A DNA stretch of 64,000 nt from Firmicutes bacterium UBA5493 (GCA_002424045.1 DIPH01000051.1:65858-129857); one strand, 5' to 3'; shown: positions 28,565 through 38,592, counted from the stretch's first letter. Program-made: numbers and translations. Notes: generated by a model not told the origin, from the sequence alone.

Positions 28565-29557
28565 TCAAAGTGCGCGCGGGACAGTCCCCTCAAACAGCGG
28601 ATGATAACACAGCACTCTTCTTGTCCCGAGTTCCCTCATCTCTGGCCTAGTTCGACGGCATTCTTCCGTTGAATAGGGACAACGAGGTGCAAACTTGCAG
28701 TAGGTAATGGCATACTCCTTCTCCTCCAAATCCGGCATGACCAATTCCTGATCCCACTTTTCTCCTACCCTGGGAACAGCACTCACCAGAAGTTCTGTAT
28801 AGGGGTGGGCCGGATTATCCATAATTTCCTTCGCCACTCCATATTCAATCAAACTTCCACGGTACAATGTGGCCATATAATCCGAGACATAGTAAGCGGT
28901 GGACAGATCATGGGTTACATAGATAAAGGACACATTGTACTCATCTTTTAGTTCCTTAAAAAGATTAACAATGTTCATCTTCATGGAGGCGTCAACCGCC
29001 GATACTGGCTCGTCGGCAATAATCAGTTTAGGACGTGTAATAAGGGCACGGGCAATAGACACCCTCTGGAGCTCTCCTCCGGAAAACTGAGTCGGATACT
29101 TATCCTTCACAACCGAAAGCGACATCCCCACACTCTTTAGAGTCTCATCGACAAGCTCATCCGCCTCCTTGCGATTCGTAGCAATTCCCAGACGCAGAGC
29201 TGTATTATAAAGATAGGTGTCCACCTTCTTGCGGGCCGAGAACGCTTCATAAGGATTTTGGAAGATAGGCTGAACATCCAGGCGAAAGCGAGTCGGGTCA
29301 TAGTCTTTTTTATCGCCATAGGAGTTCCCCGAAAGTACAATATCCCCCATATCCGGCTTGTGGATCCTCAAAAGCATCCGGCAAAGAGTAGACTTCCCAC
29401 ATCCAGATTCCCCCACAATGGAGAGAATCACAGGCTTTTCCGCATCAATACCAAAGGATATATCGTCCACGGCCACTAGCTTCTTGCCCCTGATAAGACC
29501 CCCGATTCGGAATATCTTAGTAACATGATTAACTTCCAGAAGCTTTTGTGTCATCAC
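28565..29557 (-). CDS. oppF: Oligopeptide/dipeptide ABC transporter ATP-binding protein (OppF-like)
   Basis: Walker A GESGCGKST, signature FSGGELQRV, Walker B, and the C-terminal oligopeptide-ABC extension with a Cys cluster (CKFAPRCPYSTEEC). Confidence 0.9.
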   Translation of the reverse strand: MMTQKLLEVNHVTKIFRIGGLIRGKKLVAVDDISFGIDAEKPVILSIVGESGCGKSTLCRMLLRIHKPDMGDIVLSGNSYGDKKDYDPTRFRLDVQPIFQNPYEAFSARKKVDTYLYNTALRLGIATNRKEADELVDETLKSVGMSLSVVKDKYPTQFSGGELQRVSIARALITRPKLIIADEPVSAVDASMKMNIVNLFKELKDEYNVSFIYVTHDLSTAYYVSDYMATLYRGSLIEYGVAKEIMDNPAHPYTELLVSAVPRVGEKWDQELVMPDLEEKEYAITYCKFAPRCPYSTEECRRTRPEMRELGTRRVLCYHPLFEGTVPRAL

Positions 29558-30524
29558 TCATCACCTTCTCAGAGAAATGGCAGGCAACAAAACGCCCTGG
29601 CCTCACCTCTCGAAATTCGGGAACATCGCGGCCACAAATCTCACCTGGATGGGGACAGCGGGGTGCAAAGCGGCATCCCGGTGGAGGATCGGTCAAGGAC
29701 GGAGGACGTCCAGGAATCCCCACCTTCTGACTCTTATCTCCCACCCGGGGAAGGGCACCGATCAGCATTTTAGTATAGGGATGAATGGGGTCGTCGAAAA
29801 TATCATCTGTCGTACCGAGTTCAGCAAAACTTCCGGAGTACATAATTCCCATACGCTTGGTCACTTGGTAATGAACCCCCATATCATGGCTCACTACAAC
29901 CAAAGTATTCTGCAACTCCCTTTGAAGACGCATCAGCATCATCAAAATGCCCCTTTGAACTACCACATCAAGGGCGGTAGTCGGTTCGTCCGCCAAGACT
30001 ACATTGGGAGACATAAATGTAGCCAGGGCAATAATCACCCTCTGCCTCATGCCTCCAGAGAGCTGGAATGGGAAAGCGTCCAAGAGATCCCGGGAGAGAC
30101 TTAGTTCCTCCAGGTACTTGGCCACCCTCTCCAGAGTTTCTTCCTTTGATTCATTCTTTTTCTCTTCCTCGGGGATAGAATCCAAAAACTGACTCTTCAA
30201 GCGGGTGATGGGATTTAGGACACTTTGGGCCGCCTGGGGTACGTAGGAAATATTCTTCCACCAAGCTTCGCGGATCGTTCCAGATTCATAGGAAAAAGAA
30301 TCACCGTTTTTCTTCCCACTTAACAAAACCCTTCCCCCATCGATCTTGAGGGGAAAATCTATAATATCGTACAATACCTTCAAGAGTGTTGTCTTTCCGC
30401 AGCCAGATTCTCCAGCGATCCCAAAGATCTCATTCTCATAGATCTCAAAATTCAAGTCCTTAAGAACATGTACATCACCATCAATTGTCTTATATGATGT
30501 GGAAAGGTTCTCGACTTTCAGCAT
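29529..30524 (-). CDS. oppD: Oligopeptide/dipeptide ABC transporter ATP-binding protein (OppD-like)
   Basis: GESGCGKTT, LSGGMRQRV, and C-terminal CRFAPRCPH. Confidence 0.9.
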   Translation of the reverse strand: MLKVENLSTSYKTIDGDVHVLKDLNFEIYENEIFGIAGESGCGKTTLLKVLYDIIDFPLKIDGGRVLLSGKKNGDSFSYESGTIREAWWKNISYVPQAAQSVLNPITRLKSQFLDSIPEEEKKNESKEETLERVAKYLEELSLSRDLLDAFPFQLSGGMRQRVIIALATFMSPNVVLADEPTTALDVVVQRGILMMLMRLQRELQNTLVVVSHDMGVHYQVTKRMGIMYSGSFAELGTTDDIFDDPIHPYTKMLIGALPRVGDKSQKVGIPGRPPSLTDPPPGCRFAPRCPHPGEICGRDVPEFREVRPGRFVACHFSEKVMSDDTKASGS

Positions 30525-30526
30525 CC

Positions 30527-31369
30527 CTACCTACCTCTTTTCATGGACAAGTAATCATTGTATCCAGTGATTAGAAGGAACAAACCAATAAAAAGGACAA
30601 TCGTGGCGATAATAGGGGGACCGATCCAATTCCACTGGTTGGTGAAAATGGCATTGCGCTCTCTGGCCCATTGAATCATATTCCCAAGGGAAATTAGGTT
30701 GGCCGGAGATAGTCCCAAAACGGCAAGGGCCGATTCAGAGGCAATAGCCGATAATGTCGCATTCATAAAGTTCGATAAAGACCAGGTTAGAGCATAGGGA
30801 AGAATCTCGGTGACAATCACCTGCACCGTTCCTTCCCCCGAGAACCAGGCCGTGTGGATAAAGTCCCGTTCTTTAAGGGACAGAGCCAATGAGCGAATCT
30901 GCCTGCTAGGCCAGGCCCAGGCAAAGATGGCCAGGACTAAGGCCATTAGAATAACGGTAGCCGATCCCCGCATGAGAGATGTCATTAAGATCAAGATCGG
31001 AAGAGAGGGAATCACAACGAAGGTATCGGTGACCACCATTAAGATGCGGTCCAGGAAGCCTCCACTAAAACCTGCCAGAAGACCCACAAAGACTCCAACC
31101 ACCGTACCTATAAGTGCCACAATGAAACCTATCACCAAGGAATTATGAATAGCCTCAATCAAAAGCCAGAAAACATCCTGACCCATACTGGTTGTTCCAA
31201 AGAAGTGATCCGGGGAAGGAGACAGCCTTCGGGGATAGGTATTATAGCTGAAAGGGTTAGGGTGTGGGATATAGTACACCACGAAACCAAGAATTAAGAA
31301 AAAAAGTGTGATACTTATGCCGGCCCTGAGACGGCCGTTGGCATTTTTTAGGAACTTTCTCACGTCCAC
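30527..31369 (-). CDS. oppC: Oligopeptide ABC transporter permease (OppC-like)
   Basis: Six TM helices in the BPD_transp_1 fold with the OppC-type N-terminus. Confidence 0.9.
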   Translation of the reverse strand: MDVRKFLKNANGRLRAGISITLFFLILGFVVYYIPHPNPFSYNTYPRRLSPSPDHFFGTTSMGQDVFWLLIEAIHNSLVIGFIVALIGTVVGVFVGLLAGFSGGFLDRILMVVTDTFVVIPSLPILILMTSLMRGSATVILMALVLAIFAWAWPSRQIRSLALSLKERDFIHTAWFSGEGTVQVIVTEILPYALTWSLSNFMNATLSAIASESALAVLGLSPANLISLGNMIQWARERNAIFTNQWNWIGPPIIATIVLFIGLFLLITGYNDYLSMKRGR

Positions 31370-31378
31370 TTCCCCCTT

Positions 31379-32386
31379 CTAGCTGTAGCGAATTCTAGGA
31401 TCAATCAGAGGATAGATTAGATCCACGATAAGTGTTGCGGTGGCAATGGCCACAATGGAAATGGTAATACATCCCAGGATCATGTTGTAATCGGACTGTA
31501 AGATAGCCTTTTGAATGAGAGTACCAACTCCAGGATATCCGAAGATAATTTCGGTCATAATGGAGCCGCTAAAGACACCGCCAAGACTCATGGCCAGGGC
31601 TGTGACCTGAGTAATGATGGAATTTCGAAGGACATAACTTTGACCAATCTTCTGTTCAGAGAGCCCCCGATAGCGGGCATATAATACAAAATCCTCCTCA
31701 GATACAGTGCCCGAAAGAGATTTCATGGAGATGATCCACCATCCTGTTCCCACAAGTAAGAGGGAAACAGCAGGAAGGACTGAGGCGCGCAGAAGAGTTC
31801 TTATAAATGTTCCAAAACCACCCATGGTGATGATCGTTGATTGAAGGGGAAACCAACCAAGTAAGAAGGCGAATACAATCTGAAGAACTAGAGCCACAAT
31901 GAAGTAAGGTACGGGATAAATGCAGATGGCAACTCCCTCCAAGAACTTAGAGGAAAGGCGATCTTTGCGAAACCCCGCTTGTAGGCCAATGAAATTTCCA
32001 ATGATCCAGGCTAGAACGGTGGTCATAAGCATGAGACCTAAGGTATAGGGAAGGTATGTCTTAATGATATCTCCCACAGGGGTAGGAAAGCTCATGAGGG
32101 ATGGTCCAAAATCAAATTGCAGGAGGCCCTTTTTGAGAAAGGAGACGTATTGTTCCAGCAAGGAACCTTCAAGGCCAAACTGGACCCGTAAAGATTTTCG
32201 GAGAGATTCCATTTCCAAGGGGTCCATTTGCCCCGAGCGGGATTGAATCCTCCCAATCATGTTCTCCACAGGATCAGAGGGAAACATTCGGGGCACGAAA
32301 AAGATGAAGGTCACACCAATCCATATGGTCAGAGCCCAGGTTAAGATACGAAGTCCAAAGTATTGCGTGAATTTCAACTGCGTCAC
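31379..32386 (-). CDS. oppB: Oligopeptide ABC transporter permease (OppB-like)
   Basis: OppB/DppB-type permease. EAA-like motif ARYRGLSEQKIGQSYVLRNS. Confidence 0.9.
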   Translation of the reverse strand: MTQLKFTQYFGLRILTWALTIWIGVTFIFFVPRMFPSDPVENMIGRIQSRSGQMDPLEMESLRKSLRVQFGLEGSLLEQYVSFLKKGLLQFDFGPSLMSFPTPVGDIIKTYLPYTLGLMLMTTVLAWIIGNFIGLQAGFRKDRLSSKFLEGVAICIYPVPYFIVALVLQIVFAFLLGWFPLQSTIITMGGFGTFIRTLLRASVLPAVSLLLVGTGWWIISMKSLSGTVSEEDFVLYARYRGLSEQKIGQSYVLRNSIITQVTALAMSLGGVFSGSIMTEIIFGYPGVGTLIQKAILQSDYNMILGCITISIVAIATATLIVDLIYPLIDPRIRYS

Positions 32387-32511
32387 TCCCCTAGATATAC
32401 ACTCGACTCTTGCTCCTTATAGTTTTACAAAAGACACGTGCTGCTGCTATCATGGAAGGCGCCAGCACGTGTCTTGGTGCGCCCAGTATTTCAGGCGACT
32501 CAAATACTCGT

Positions 32512-34401
32512 TTAGTCTACAGGAGTAATCTCGGTTGTGATGTACTTAAAGCAGCTCCACCACCACCAGGGACCATTGTAAGGATTCTCGGCGCTGGGAT
32601 AATTCTCCCAGAAGGTGCTGTTGGTCGGTACAAACTTAACACCAGAATGGAAGCCGAGGAAAGGCATATCGGCCGTGGCCGCCTTCATAAACTCCATACC
32701 CAGTTCGTAGGACTCGTCACTATCAGGGGACACGACGGCCATCTCATGAATGATCCGGGTTGCTTCTGCATTATTCCAGCGGCTGCCCTGACCTGCACCA
32801 CGCTCACCTAGAGGAACAATCAAATTGGCATCCCAACCGCTGATTTGGGAGTAGAGATCTCTGGTGATTCCTCCAGTTGGCCAATAGCCACCAATTTCGT
32901 AGTTTCCTGTAGCAGCGTTGCTATCCCATGTGGCACTACTTTCACTGGCCAAATTACAGTTAAATCCGAACTTAACCAATTGGTCATACGCAGCAATCAA
33001 ACCGCGTCCTGCTTGGGCTTCTGTGTCGGCCAAGTAGGTCATGTTAATGGTGAAGGGTTGACCCTCGAAGTACCATCCGTCAGCCCTCTTCTCGAGGCCG
33101 GCCTTGATAAAGAGCTTCTCGGCTACATCAGGAGCATACTTCCAGCAACCAATACCAAACATGTCGATTAAAGCATCGTGGTCGGTAGGAATATCATAGC
33201 CCTGGGCCCTGAGGGTTTCAGCCATTCTATAGGCATACCCGGTGTCGAAAGGCTTGAAGGTTGTGCCATCACCTAGATCGAGAGCAAACTCTTCCAACCA
33301 GGACAGCAAAGGAATGTAATACAGCTCCTGCATTGCAGATGTCGCAGTTAGAATCGGTAGTGCACTAGCACGACCTACGCCATCAAAGATATTAACAGAA
33401 ATCTCGTCAAAGTTCATGGCCAAGGTTACACCCCAACGGAAGTCAGGATTGTCGTAGGGTTCTTTGGCCATTTGGAAGGAAATCCCCTTGGAACAAGGAT
33501 CATCACTTGTAGCATAGGGGAAGTCCTTATACCAGCAAGCAATATTAGGATTCATGGCAGTCATGACCTCTACCATTTCAGGTGTGACTTCACAAAGAAT
33601 ATCGACTTCGTTGTTGACCATGGCCATTTGGCGTGTTGTATCGTCACCAACATACTTGAACAAGATGTACTGAGCCTGGGGCATCTTGCCCGTTACTACA
33701 CCAACAGTACTATGTTGCCAGTCTTCACGGCGCTCATAGAGCACCCATTTGCCTAGATTGTCAAAGGCCTTGACAGTATATGGTCCGGCTACGACAGGAT
33801 CGCTGTCTTTAAAGGTTGTTACGTCCTCCACCTTAGAATAGATGTGCTCAGGAACGATGCGCAGGTCGTTACCCCAAATCGTAACACCAAAGCGCAGTGC
33901 CAGACGGGGGAAGGAGTCTAGAGTCTTGATCAGAACTGTATAGTCGTCAATTTTCTCAATTGACTCAAACACAGCGTTGTAGTAAGCACTCGGGCCAATT
34001 CCAGGGTTATCCATGATCATATTGAAGGTAAATATCACGTCATCTGCGTTCAGAACCTCACCATCAGACCAGCGAATACCCTCACGGATTCTCACAATAT
34101 GTTCGGTAAAGTCTTCATTGGATTCAGGGGCTCCTGCGGCTACTTCGCCGAATTGCTCACCCTTGGTCGTATCCATTTCCCACATCATGGCGGACATCAG
34201 TTGATGAATGCCAAATCCCATTTGCGTCCCTTGCATGTACGAGTTGAATTGCCCGGGAACGTCAGTTGGTGTCTGGGTTTCCACGATGAGAGTTTCCCTG
34301 CGAGGGGTGCCTACCTCAGTCATGGCATATACATTCACGGCGGTAAACACTAGCAAGACTAAAAGCGGGAGCACAAGAAAAGCGGACACTTTCCTTTTCA
34401 T
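32512..34401 (-). CDS. oppA: ABC transporter substrate-binding protein, family 5 (OppA/DppA-like), unusually large (about 629 aa)
   Basis: Signal peptide MKRKVSAFLVLPLLVLLVFTAVNVYA. SBP_bac_5 architecture. The start is at 34401 with an AGAGGAGGA RBS. It is the first gene of the five-gene operon. Confidence 0.8.
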   Translation of the reverse strand: MKRKVSAFLVLPLLVLLVFTAVNVYAMTEVGTPRRETLIVETQTPTDVPGQFNSYMQGTQMGFGIHQLMSAMMWEMDTTKGEQFGEVAAGAPESNEDFTEHIVRIREGIRWSDGEVLNADDVIFTFNMIMDNPGIGPSAYYNAVFESIEKIDDYTVLIKTLDSFPRLALRFGVTIWGNDLRIVPEHIYSKVEDVTTFKDSDPVVAGPYTVKAFDNLGKWVLYERREDWQHSTVGVVTGKMPQAQYILFKYVGDDTTRQMAMVNNEVDILCEVTPEMVEVMTAMNPNIACWYKDFPYATSDDPCSKGISFQMAKEPYDNPDFRWGVTLAMNFDEISVNIFDGVGRASALPILTATSAMQELYYIPLLSWLEEFALDLGDGTTFKPFDTGYAYRMAETLRAQGYDIPTDHDALIDMFGIGCWKYAPDVAEKLFIKAGLEKRADGWYFEGQPFTINMTYLADTEAQAGRGLIAAYDQLVKFGFNCNLASESSATWDSNAATGNYEIGGYWPTGGITRDLYSQISGWDANLIVPLGERGAGQGSRWNNAEATRIIHEMAVVSPDSDESYELGMEFMKAATADMPFLGFHSGVKFVPTNSTFWENYPSAENPYNGPWWWWSCFKYITTEITPVD

Positions 34402-34622
34402 TTGAATTCCTCCTCTTTTATTTTGATTAATACGAGCAAGACCAGACTCTCTTGTTCGCACTTAATCACACAATCACCATCTTGCTTGCAACGTACCAGC
34501 TGTAATGTACTAGTCCAAATCCATCTCCATTCCTGTGGCTTCATACTATAGGTTTGTTTAATCTTATAGTTGATGGTATGGTTTCATCATAGAACTTTAC
34601 CGTGGCTTTACCTCTTTAAAAT

Positions 34623-34651
34623 ATTATATAACCCTGTCCTAATATTGTCAA
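34623..34651 (-). promoter_or_regulatory. Consensus sigma-A promoter of the opp operon (TTGACA-17-TATAAT), giving a leader of about 215 nt
   Basis: On the minus strand: ttTTGACAatattaggacagggttaTATAATat. Confidence 0.6.
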
Positions 34652-35058
34652 ACAATTGTGGCTTTTATGTTCTGCTCGAGGAACTGTCCCTGGCGCAATT
34701 CGCGCGCAATTGGCGCAATGAGCAAACGACCTCTACCTTGGGGTGGTAGAGGTCACTTCGTGGTGGATGCGGGGAGCCCTATAGGGACAGCGCATTCCCG
34801 TTCCCGTCCCGCCGATTTGCAGGAATGTATAAGGATACGATCAACTAGAAAAAGATAACGGTTCCCTACGCCTATCAGTTCCGTATCGGACTGTCCCTCA
34901 AGCCCCGCAGCATTTCTTATACCTCTTACCACTGCCACAGGGGCAGGGATCATTTCTACCTACTTTCTTTGGCCTTACGATAGGTTGGTCAAAGGCCAAA
35001 GGAGCGATGTTTTCCTCCTCTGTTTCTTGAAAACAGGCGCACCAGTACATCTCTTCGA

Positions 35059-35418
35059 TCACATCGTCAATATATCTTGATTCTCGTCATCTTGCATCCA
35101 GGCCAAAAAGTCCTCGAAATCACCGTACATAGTTGGATCAACTCGCTCTTTGTCAAACAAAAATCTTATGTCCTCTATCATGTCAAAAAGACTGCAGTCA
35201 TCGACAACCCCTTGAATAATCACCAACTCAAGAACTTCATCTAAAGCCTTGAGTAAGAGGGCTGTTGTTTCGTCTTTTCTGGAGGCGGCTAGCTCCAGTG
35301 CTCCTCGGGGGAATGTTTCATCTAAATATCTCAGTTCATTGATGATTTTATCCATATCGATCATCCTCGCTTTTCGAATGTCTTTTCGTCGCACTGCGGC
35401 TTTCAGTGCTTTCTTCAC
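35059..35418 (-). CDS. Hypothetical acidic protein (about 119 aa, GTG start); possibly a gene remnant
   Basis: The ORF continues upstream of the first possible start with no ATG. No recognisable domain. It lies in a decayed region. Confidence 0.3.
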   Translation of the reverse strand: MKKALKAAVRRKDIRKARMIDMDKIINELRYLDETFPRGALELAASRKDETTALLLKALDEVLELVIIQGVVDDCSLFDMIEDIRFLFDKERVDPTMYGDFEDFLAWMQDDENQDILTM

Positions 35419-35702
35419 TTCGGGGATTTTCTCTCCAGGGTTGCCCCTTATGTGCTTCTTGGCATATTCCTCAATAGAAATGAGTCAGCGTGATCACACT
35501 TTCTAAGAGAGGAACAAGTTCCTCAACCTGAGTGACGAAATTCGTAGAACTGTAGGAGGACTTGTCCCGAACTTTCCAACACAGAAACCTTAGTTCTACT
35601 TTTGTGTCCTTCCACGGTTGAAGCGAAATTCCTTGTCTAAGACTGGTTCTCCGTTACGGTGGGTAGATTGCTGGCGGGAACTTGATAAGGAAGAAAACAC
35701 CC

Positions 35703-35731
35703 TTGACATCCTTGCCCTATCAACGTATACT
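35703..35731 (+). promoter_or_regulatory. Sigma-A promoter of ahpC (TTGACA-17-TATACT) with an adjacent imperfect TGATAAT/ATTAACA inverted repeat at 35733-35752
   Basis: cTTGACAtccttgccctatcaacgTATACTattgataatcgctattaacaa. Confidence 0.5.
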
Positions 35732-35821
35732 ATTGATAATCGCTATTAACAAGGAGTTGTGTCTTCGACAACTGACACACCGGTAGCTGAAAGAAAATAA
35801 CTACACAGGAGTGATCTTTTA

Positions 35822-36382
35822 GTGCTTATTGGCAAGGAAGTAATGGACTTTACAGTTGATGCGTTCGTTGATGGTGAATTCAAGAAGGTCAGAAGATCCG
35901 ATTTACTAGGTCAATGGTCGGCCTTTGTGTTCTACCCTGCTGACTTCACCTTTGTATGCCCCACAGAATTAGAAGACTTAGCAGATCTATATGAAGAGTT
36001 TAAGAAAATCGGTGTGGAAATATATTCGGTGTCGACAGACACACACTTCACCCATAAGGCCTGGCATGATACTTCCGATACGATCAAGAAGATTAAGTAC
36101 CCCATGCTTGCTGATCCGACAGGAAAACTCTGTAAGGACTTCCGAGTGTATATAGAGGAAGAAGGTTTAGCCCTGAGGGGTAGTTTCATTGTGAACCCAG
36201 AGGGAAGGATTGTGTCCTATGAGGTGAATGATAACAGCATAGGAAGAGATGCTTCTGAACTTCTCCGCAAGGTGCAAGCTGCTCAGTTTGTGGCCAAGCA
36301 TGGAGACCAAGTTTGTCCTGCTAAGTGGCGTCCTGGTTCAGCCACCCTGAAGCCTGGCATTGATTTGGTCGGAAATATCTAG
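35822..36382 (+). CDS. ahpC: Alkyl hydroperoxide reductase subunit C (typical 2-Cys peroxiredoxin)
   Basis: Peroxidatic Cys in FTFVCPTE and resolving Cys in VCPAKW. GTG start. No ahpF follows. Confidence 0.9.
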   Translation: MLIGKEVMDFTVDAFVDGEFKKVRRSDLLGQWSAFVFYPADFTFVCPTELEDLADLYEEFKKIGVEIYSVSTDTHFTHKAWHDTSDTIKKIKYPMLADPTGKLCKDFRVYIEEEGLALRGSFIVNPEGRIVSYEVNDNSIGRDASELLRKVQAAQFVAKHGDQVCPAKWRPGSATLKPGIDLVGNI

Positions 36383-36397
36383 CGAAGAATTAGGCAA

Positions 36398-36432
36398 CCC
36401 CTGCCTCAGTGACTACTGTAGCAGGGGTTTTC
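36398..36432 (+). terminator. Rho-independent terminator of ahpC
   Basis: cccctgc ... gcagggg stem followed by tttt. Confidence 0.6.
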
Positions 36433-36651
36433 GTATCTCCTGTTGCAATAACGATGTATGGAAATCTCCAGGATGATAATGGCATCGATACAAATAGCAA
36501 CGTGATCGGACATATCTTATATGAGCAGGTAGCCAATAGGGGGACCAGCGCATTTTACGGCATCTTGTTCCGTGCCCAATTCCTTCGTACCGTAAAAAAC
36601 ACCCCGGAGCTCCCTGGATATTAACCCAAGGGAACTCAGGGGGATTATCAG

Positions 36652-36777
36652 TTAGCTTATTTTAAAATACTCGACGAGCTCTCTGAGCTTTACACTCATA
36701 TCCATGAAATCTTGAGCCGAAGTTGCTACCTGTTGCATCGAGGCTGCTTGTTCTTCAATTGCGCTAGATATCTCGTG
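36652..36777 (-). pseudogene. C-terminal about 40 codons of a methyl-accepting chemotaxis protein (gene remnant)
   Basis: The minus-strand translation HEISSAIEEQAASMQQVATSAQDFMDMSVKLRELVEYFKIS* matches the extreme C-terminus of MCP signalling domains. An in-frame stop lies immediately upstream, so no intact gene is present. Confidence 0.6.
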
Positions 36778-36866
36778 TTATACACCCTCCCAACCAAGTC
36801 ATCAACCGGTGGAAGTGTCAAAACGTGAAGGTGGTCACAAATCCACGCCAACGCCTGGCCTCGGGA

Positions 36867-37505
36867 TTAAGTCTGCTCAAAAAAAGCCTCCTCAAGCATG
36901 GCGCAAAGCGTATGATACATCGCCTGATGACATTCTTGAATACGGTACGTCTCCTGGTGGGGAGCCCTAATCGTCACATCACATAAATCAGCCATTTGAC
37001 CGCCACTAGAACCTGTAAAACCGATAGTCACAAGCCCCCGCAGTGTCGCTACCTGAATTGCGTTAATCACATTCTTGGAGTTTCCACTTGTACTTAAAGC
37101 GATTAACACATCTCCTGGCACTCCGTATCCATAGACCTGCTGGGCGTATACCGTGTCAAAAGTCACATCATTGCCAAATGCGGTCACCAGTCCTGTGTGG
37201 CTAGACAAAGATATGGTTGGTAACGCTCCCTGTAAATGTGATGCCAAATAACGGCCGTGATCGCCAAAAGCTTCCACCGCTTGTTTGAAAAATGCCCCAC
37301 CTAAGGGGCGTTCAAGCAAAAAGCCCTTCATCAGCTCACCAACAATATGCTCGCTATCAGCGGCACTGCCACCATTTCCGCAGACTAGAGTCTTGTACCC
37401 TGAGGCGAATGACTCCCTCCACAATTGAAAAGCCTCTTCCAAGTCGGCGACACAAGCCTCTAGTTCGGGACAGCGGCTAATCATCAGTTCCAGATGTTTG
37501 TTCAT
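36867..37505 (-). CDS. gmhA: SIS-domain sugar-phosphate isomerase, phosphoheptose isomerase (GmhA/DiaA)-like
   Basis: CGNGGSAADSEHIVGELM ... LSTSGNSKNVI matches GmhA. Confidence 0.75.
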   Translation of the reverse strand: MNKHLELMISRCPELEACVADLEEAFQLWRESFASGYKTLVCGNGGSAADSEHIVGELMKGFLLERPLGGAFFKQAVEAFGDHGRYLASHLQGALPTISLSSHTGLVTAFGNDVTFDTVYAQQVYGYGVPGDVLIALSTSGNSKNVINAIQVATLRGLVTIGFTGSSGGQMADLCDVTIRAPHQETYRIQECHQAMYHTLCAMLEEAFFEQT

Positions 37506-37566
37506 GTCCGTTCCTCCAAGTTTCTAATCGCCCTTCACTCTGCATCAACTGCCAAATGCCCTTTCT

Positions 37567-38580
37567 TTAGTAACCACTTTTCCACTCATCATAACGCTCC
37601 AAAACGTCTTGAGGGCTCGCTGCACCTGTTGTACCAAGCTGAGTAATGGTGACCGAAGAGACCAGATTACCCATAAAGGCAGCATCTTGATAACTTGCTC
37701 CAGCAGCCAGTGCAACAACAGTTCCGGCACTAGCACTGTCGCCAGCGCCTACAATATCAATGGGTCCTTGCAAAGCAGGCACATGCAAAGCCTGATCCCC
37801 ATCGTATACCCACTGCCCCTTCTCACCACAGGTCATAAATACCGGTTTACCCGTCTTGCAGAAAAGAGCCTTTACAGCCTGCTCGGGCTCATCTGCAGCT
37901 GATCCCACTCCCAAGACCTTCCCAGCTTCAAACTCATTAGGCTTAATTATAACTTGGGAAAATTGGTCGATGTGCTTTCTGGAGTCCACAGAAATAATCA
38001 GGTCAGGATGCTCCCGGCCCAGCTCTGTAAGAGCGGCTCGCACATTTTTGGTGACTACTCCGCAATCTGCTTCCTCAACTTGGTCTACCACAACAATGGC
38101 ATCACAATTAGGCCCTCTATTCTCTAGAATGTCAAGAAGTTGTGCTTCGAGCTTTGCAGGGGTTGGTGTCCAGTTCTTAAGATCAAGGCGGTCTAGTTCC
38201 TCTTCCTGGCCATCCTTTCCCCGCATAGGCTTAATATACGTAGGTGTAATTCTGGCTAAGCTCACCAACATATTTGTGGTATCCACGCCTTGGGCGTTCA
38301 AGGATTCTTTGAGTTGATACCCATAACCATCAGAACCAAGCAAACCTACGGCCAAGATTTCTTGTACGCCTAAAGTCGAAAGGTTGTTGGCAACATTACC
38401 AGCGGCCCCAGGTGTTGCCCTGATCCTGGTTACTTGGTGAGCAGCCTTTCCCGTTTCGATAGACCGTTCTTCCTTAGATGGATCAATGAATAGGTAGTGA
38501 TCGAGAAAGAAGTCGCCGATAACCATGATCTTCAATTTGGCTGCCCGATGCAAAATACGTTCTAGAACTCCGCGTTTCAT
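37567..38580 (-). CDS. PfkB-family carbohydrate kinase resembling the kinase domain of RfaE/HldE (heptose-7-phosphate kinase-like)
   Basis: ribokinase-like fold with the C-terminal GAGDSASAG motif. The overall pattern resembles HldE domain I (…MVIGDFFLDHY…). Confidence 0.7.
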   Translation of the reverse strand: MKRGVLERILHRAAKLKIMVIGDFFLDHYLFIDPSKEERSIETGKAAHQVTRIRATPGAAGNVANNLSTLGVQEILAVGLLGSDGYGYQLKESLNAQGVDTTNMLVSLARITPTYIKPMRGKDGQEEELDRLDLKNWTPTPAKLEAQLLDILENRGPNCDAIVVVDQVEEADCGVVTKNVRAALTELGREHPDLIISVDSRKHIDQFSQVIIKPNEFEAGKVLGVGSAADEPEQAVKALFCKTGKPVFMTCGEKGQWVYDGDQALHVPALQGPIDIVGAGDSASAGTVVALAAGASYQDAAFMGNLVSSVTITQLGTTGAASPQDVLERYDEWKSGY

Positions 38581-38592
38581 GCTATCACCCCA

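Noticed and set aside
29577-30104. 175-aa plus-strand ORF inside oppD
   Set aside because: Shadow ORF opposite a high-confidence ABC ATPase gene.
34402-34620. Possible T-box or other riboswitch in the long opp leader
   Set aside because: There is a GGTAC segment, but no AGGGTGGNACCGCG T-box sequence, no specifier or antiterminator architecture, and no terminator before the RBS.
34658-34953. Two overlapping 66-aa ORFs on opposite strands
   Set aside because: They lie in GC-rich repeat and hairpin sequence with Arg/Pro/Gly-rich translations. The region is interpreted as non-coding.
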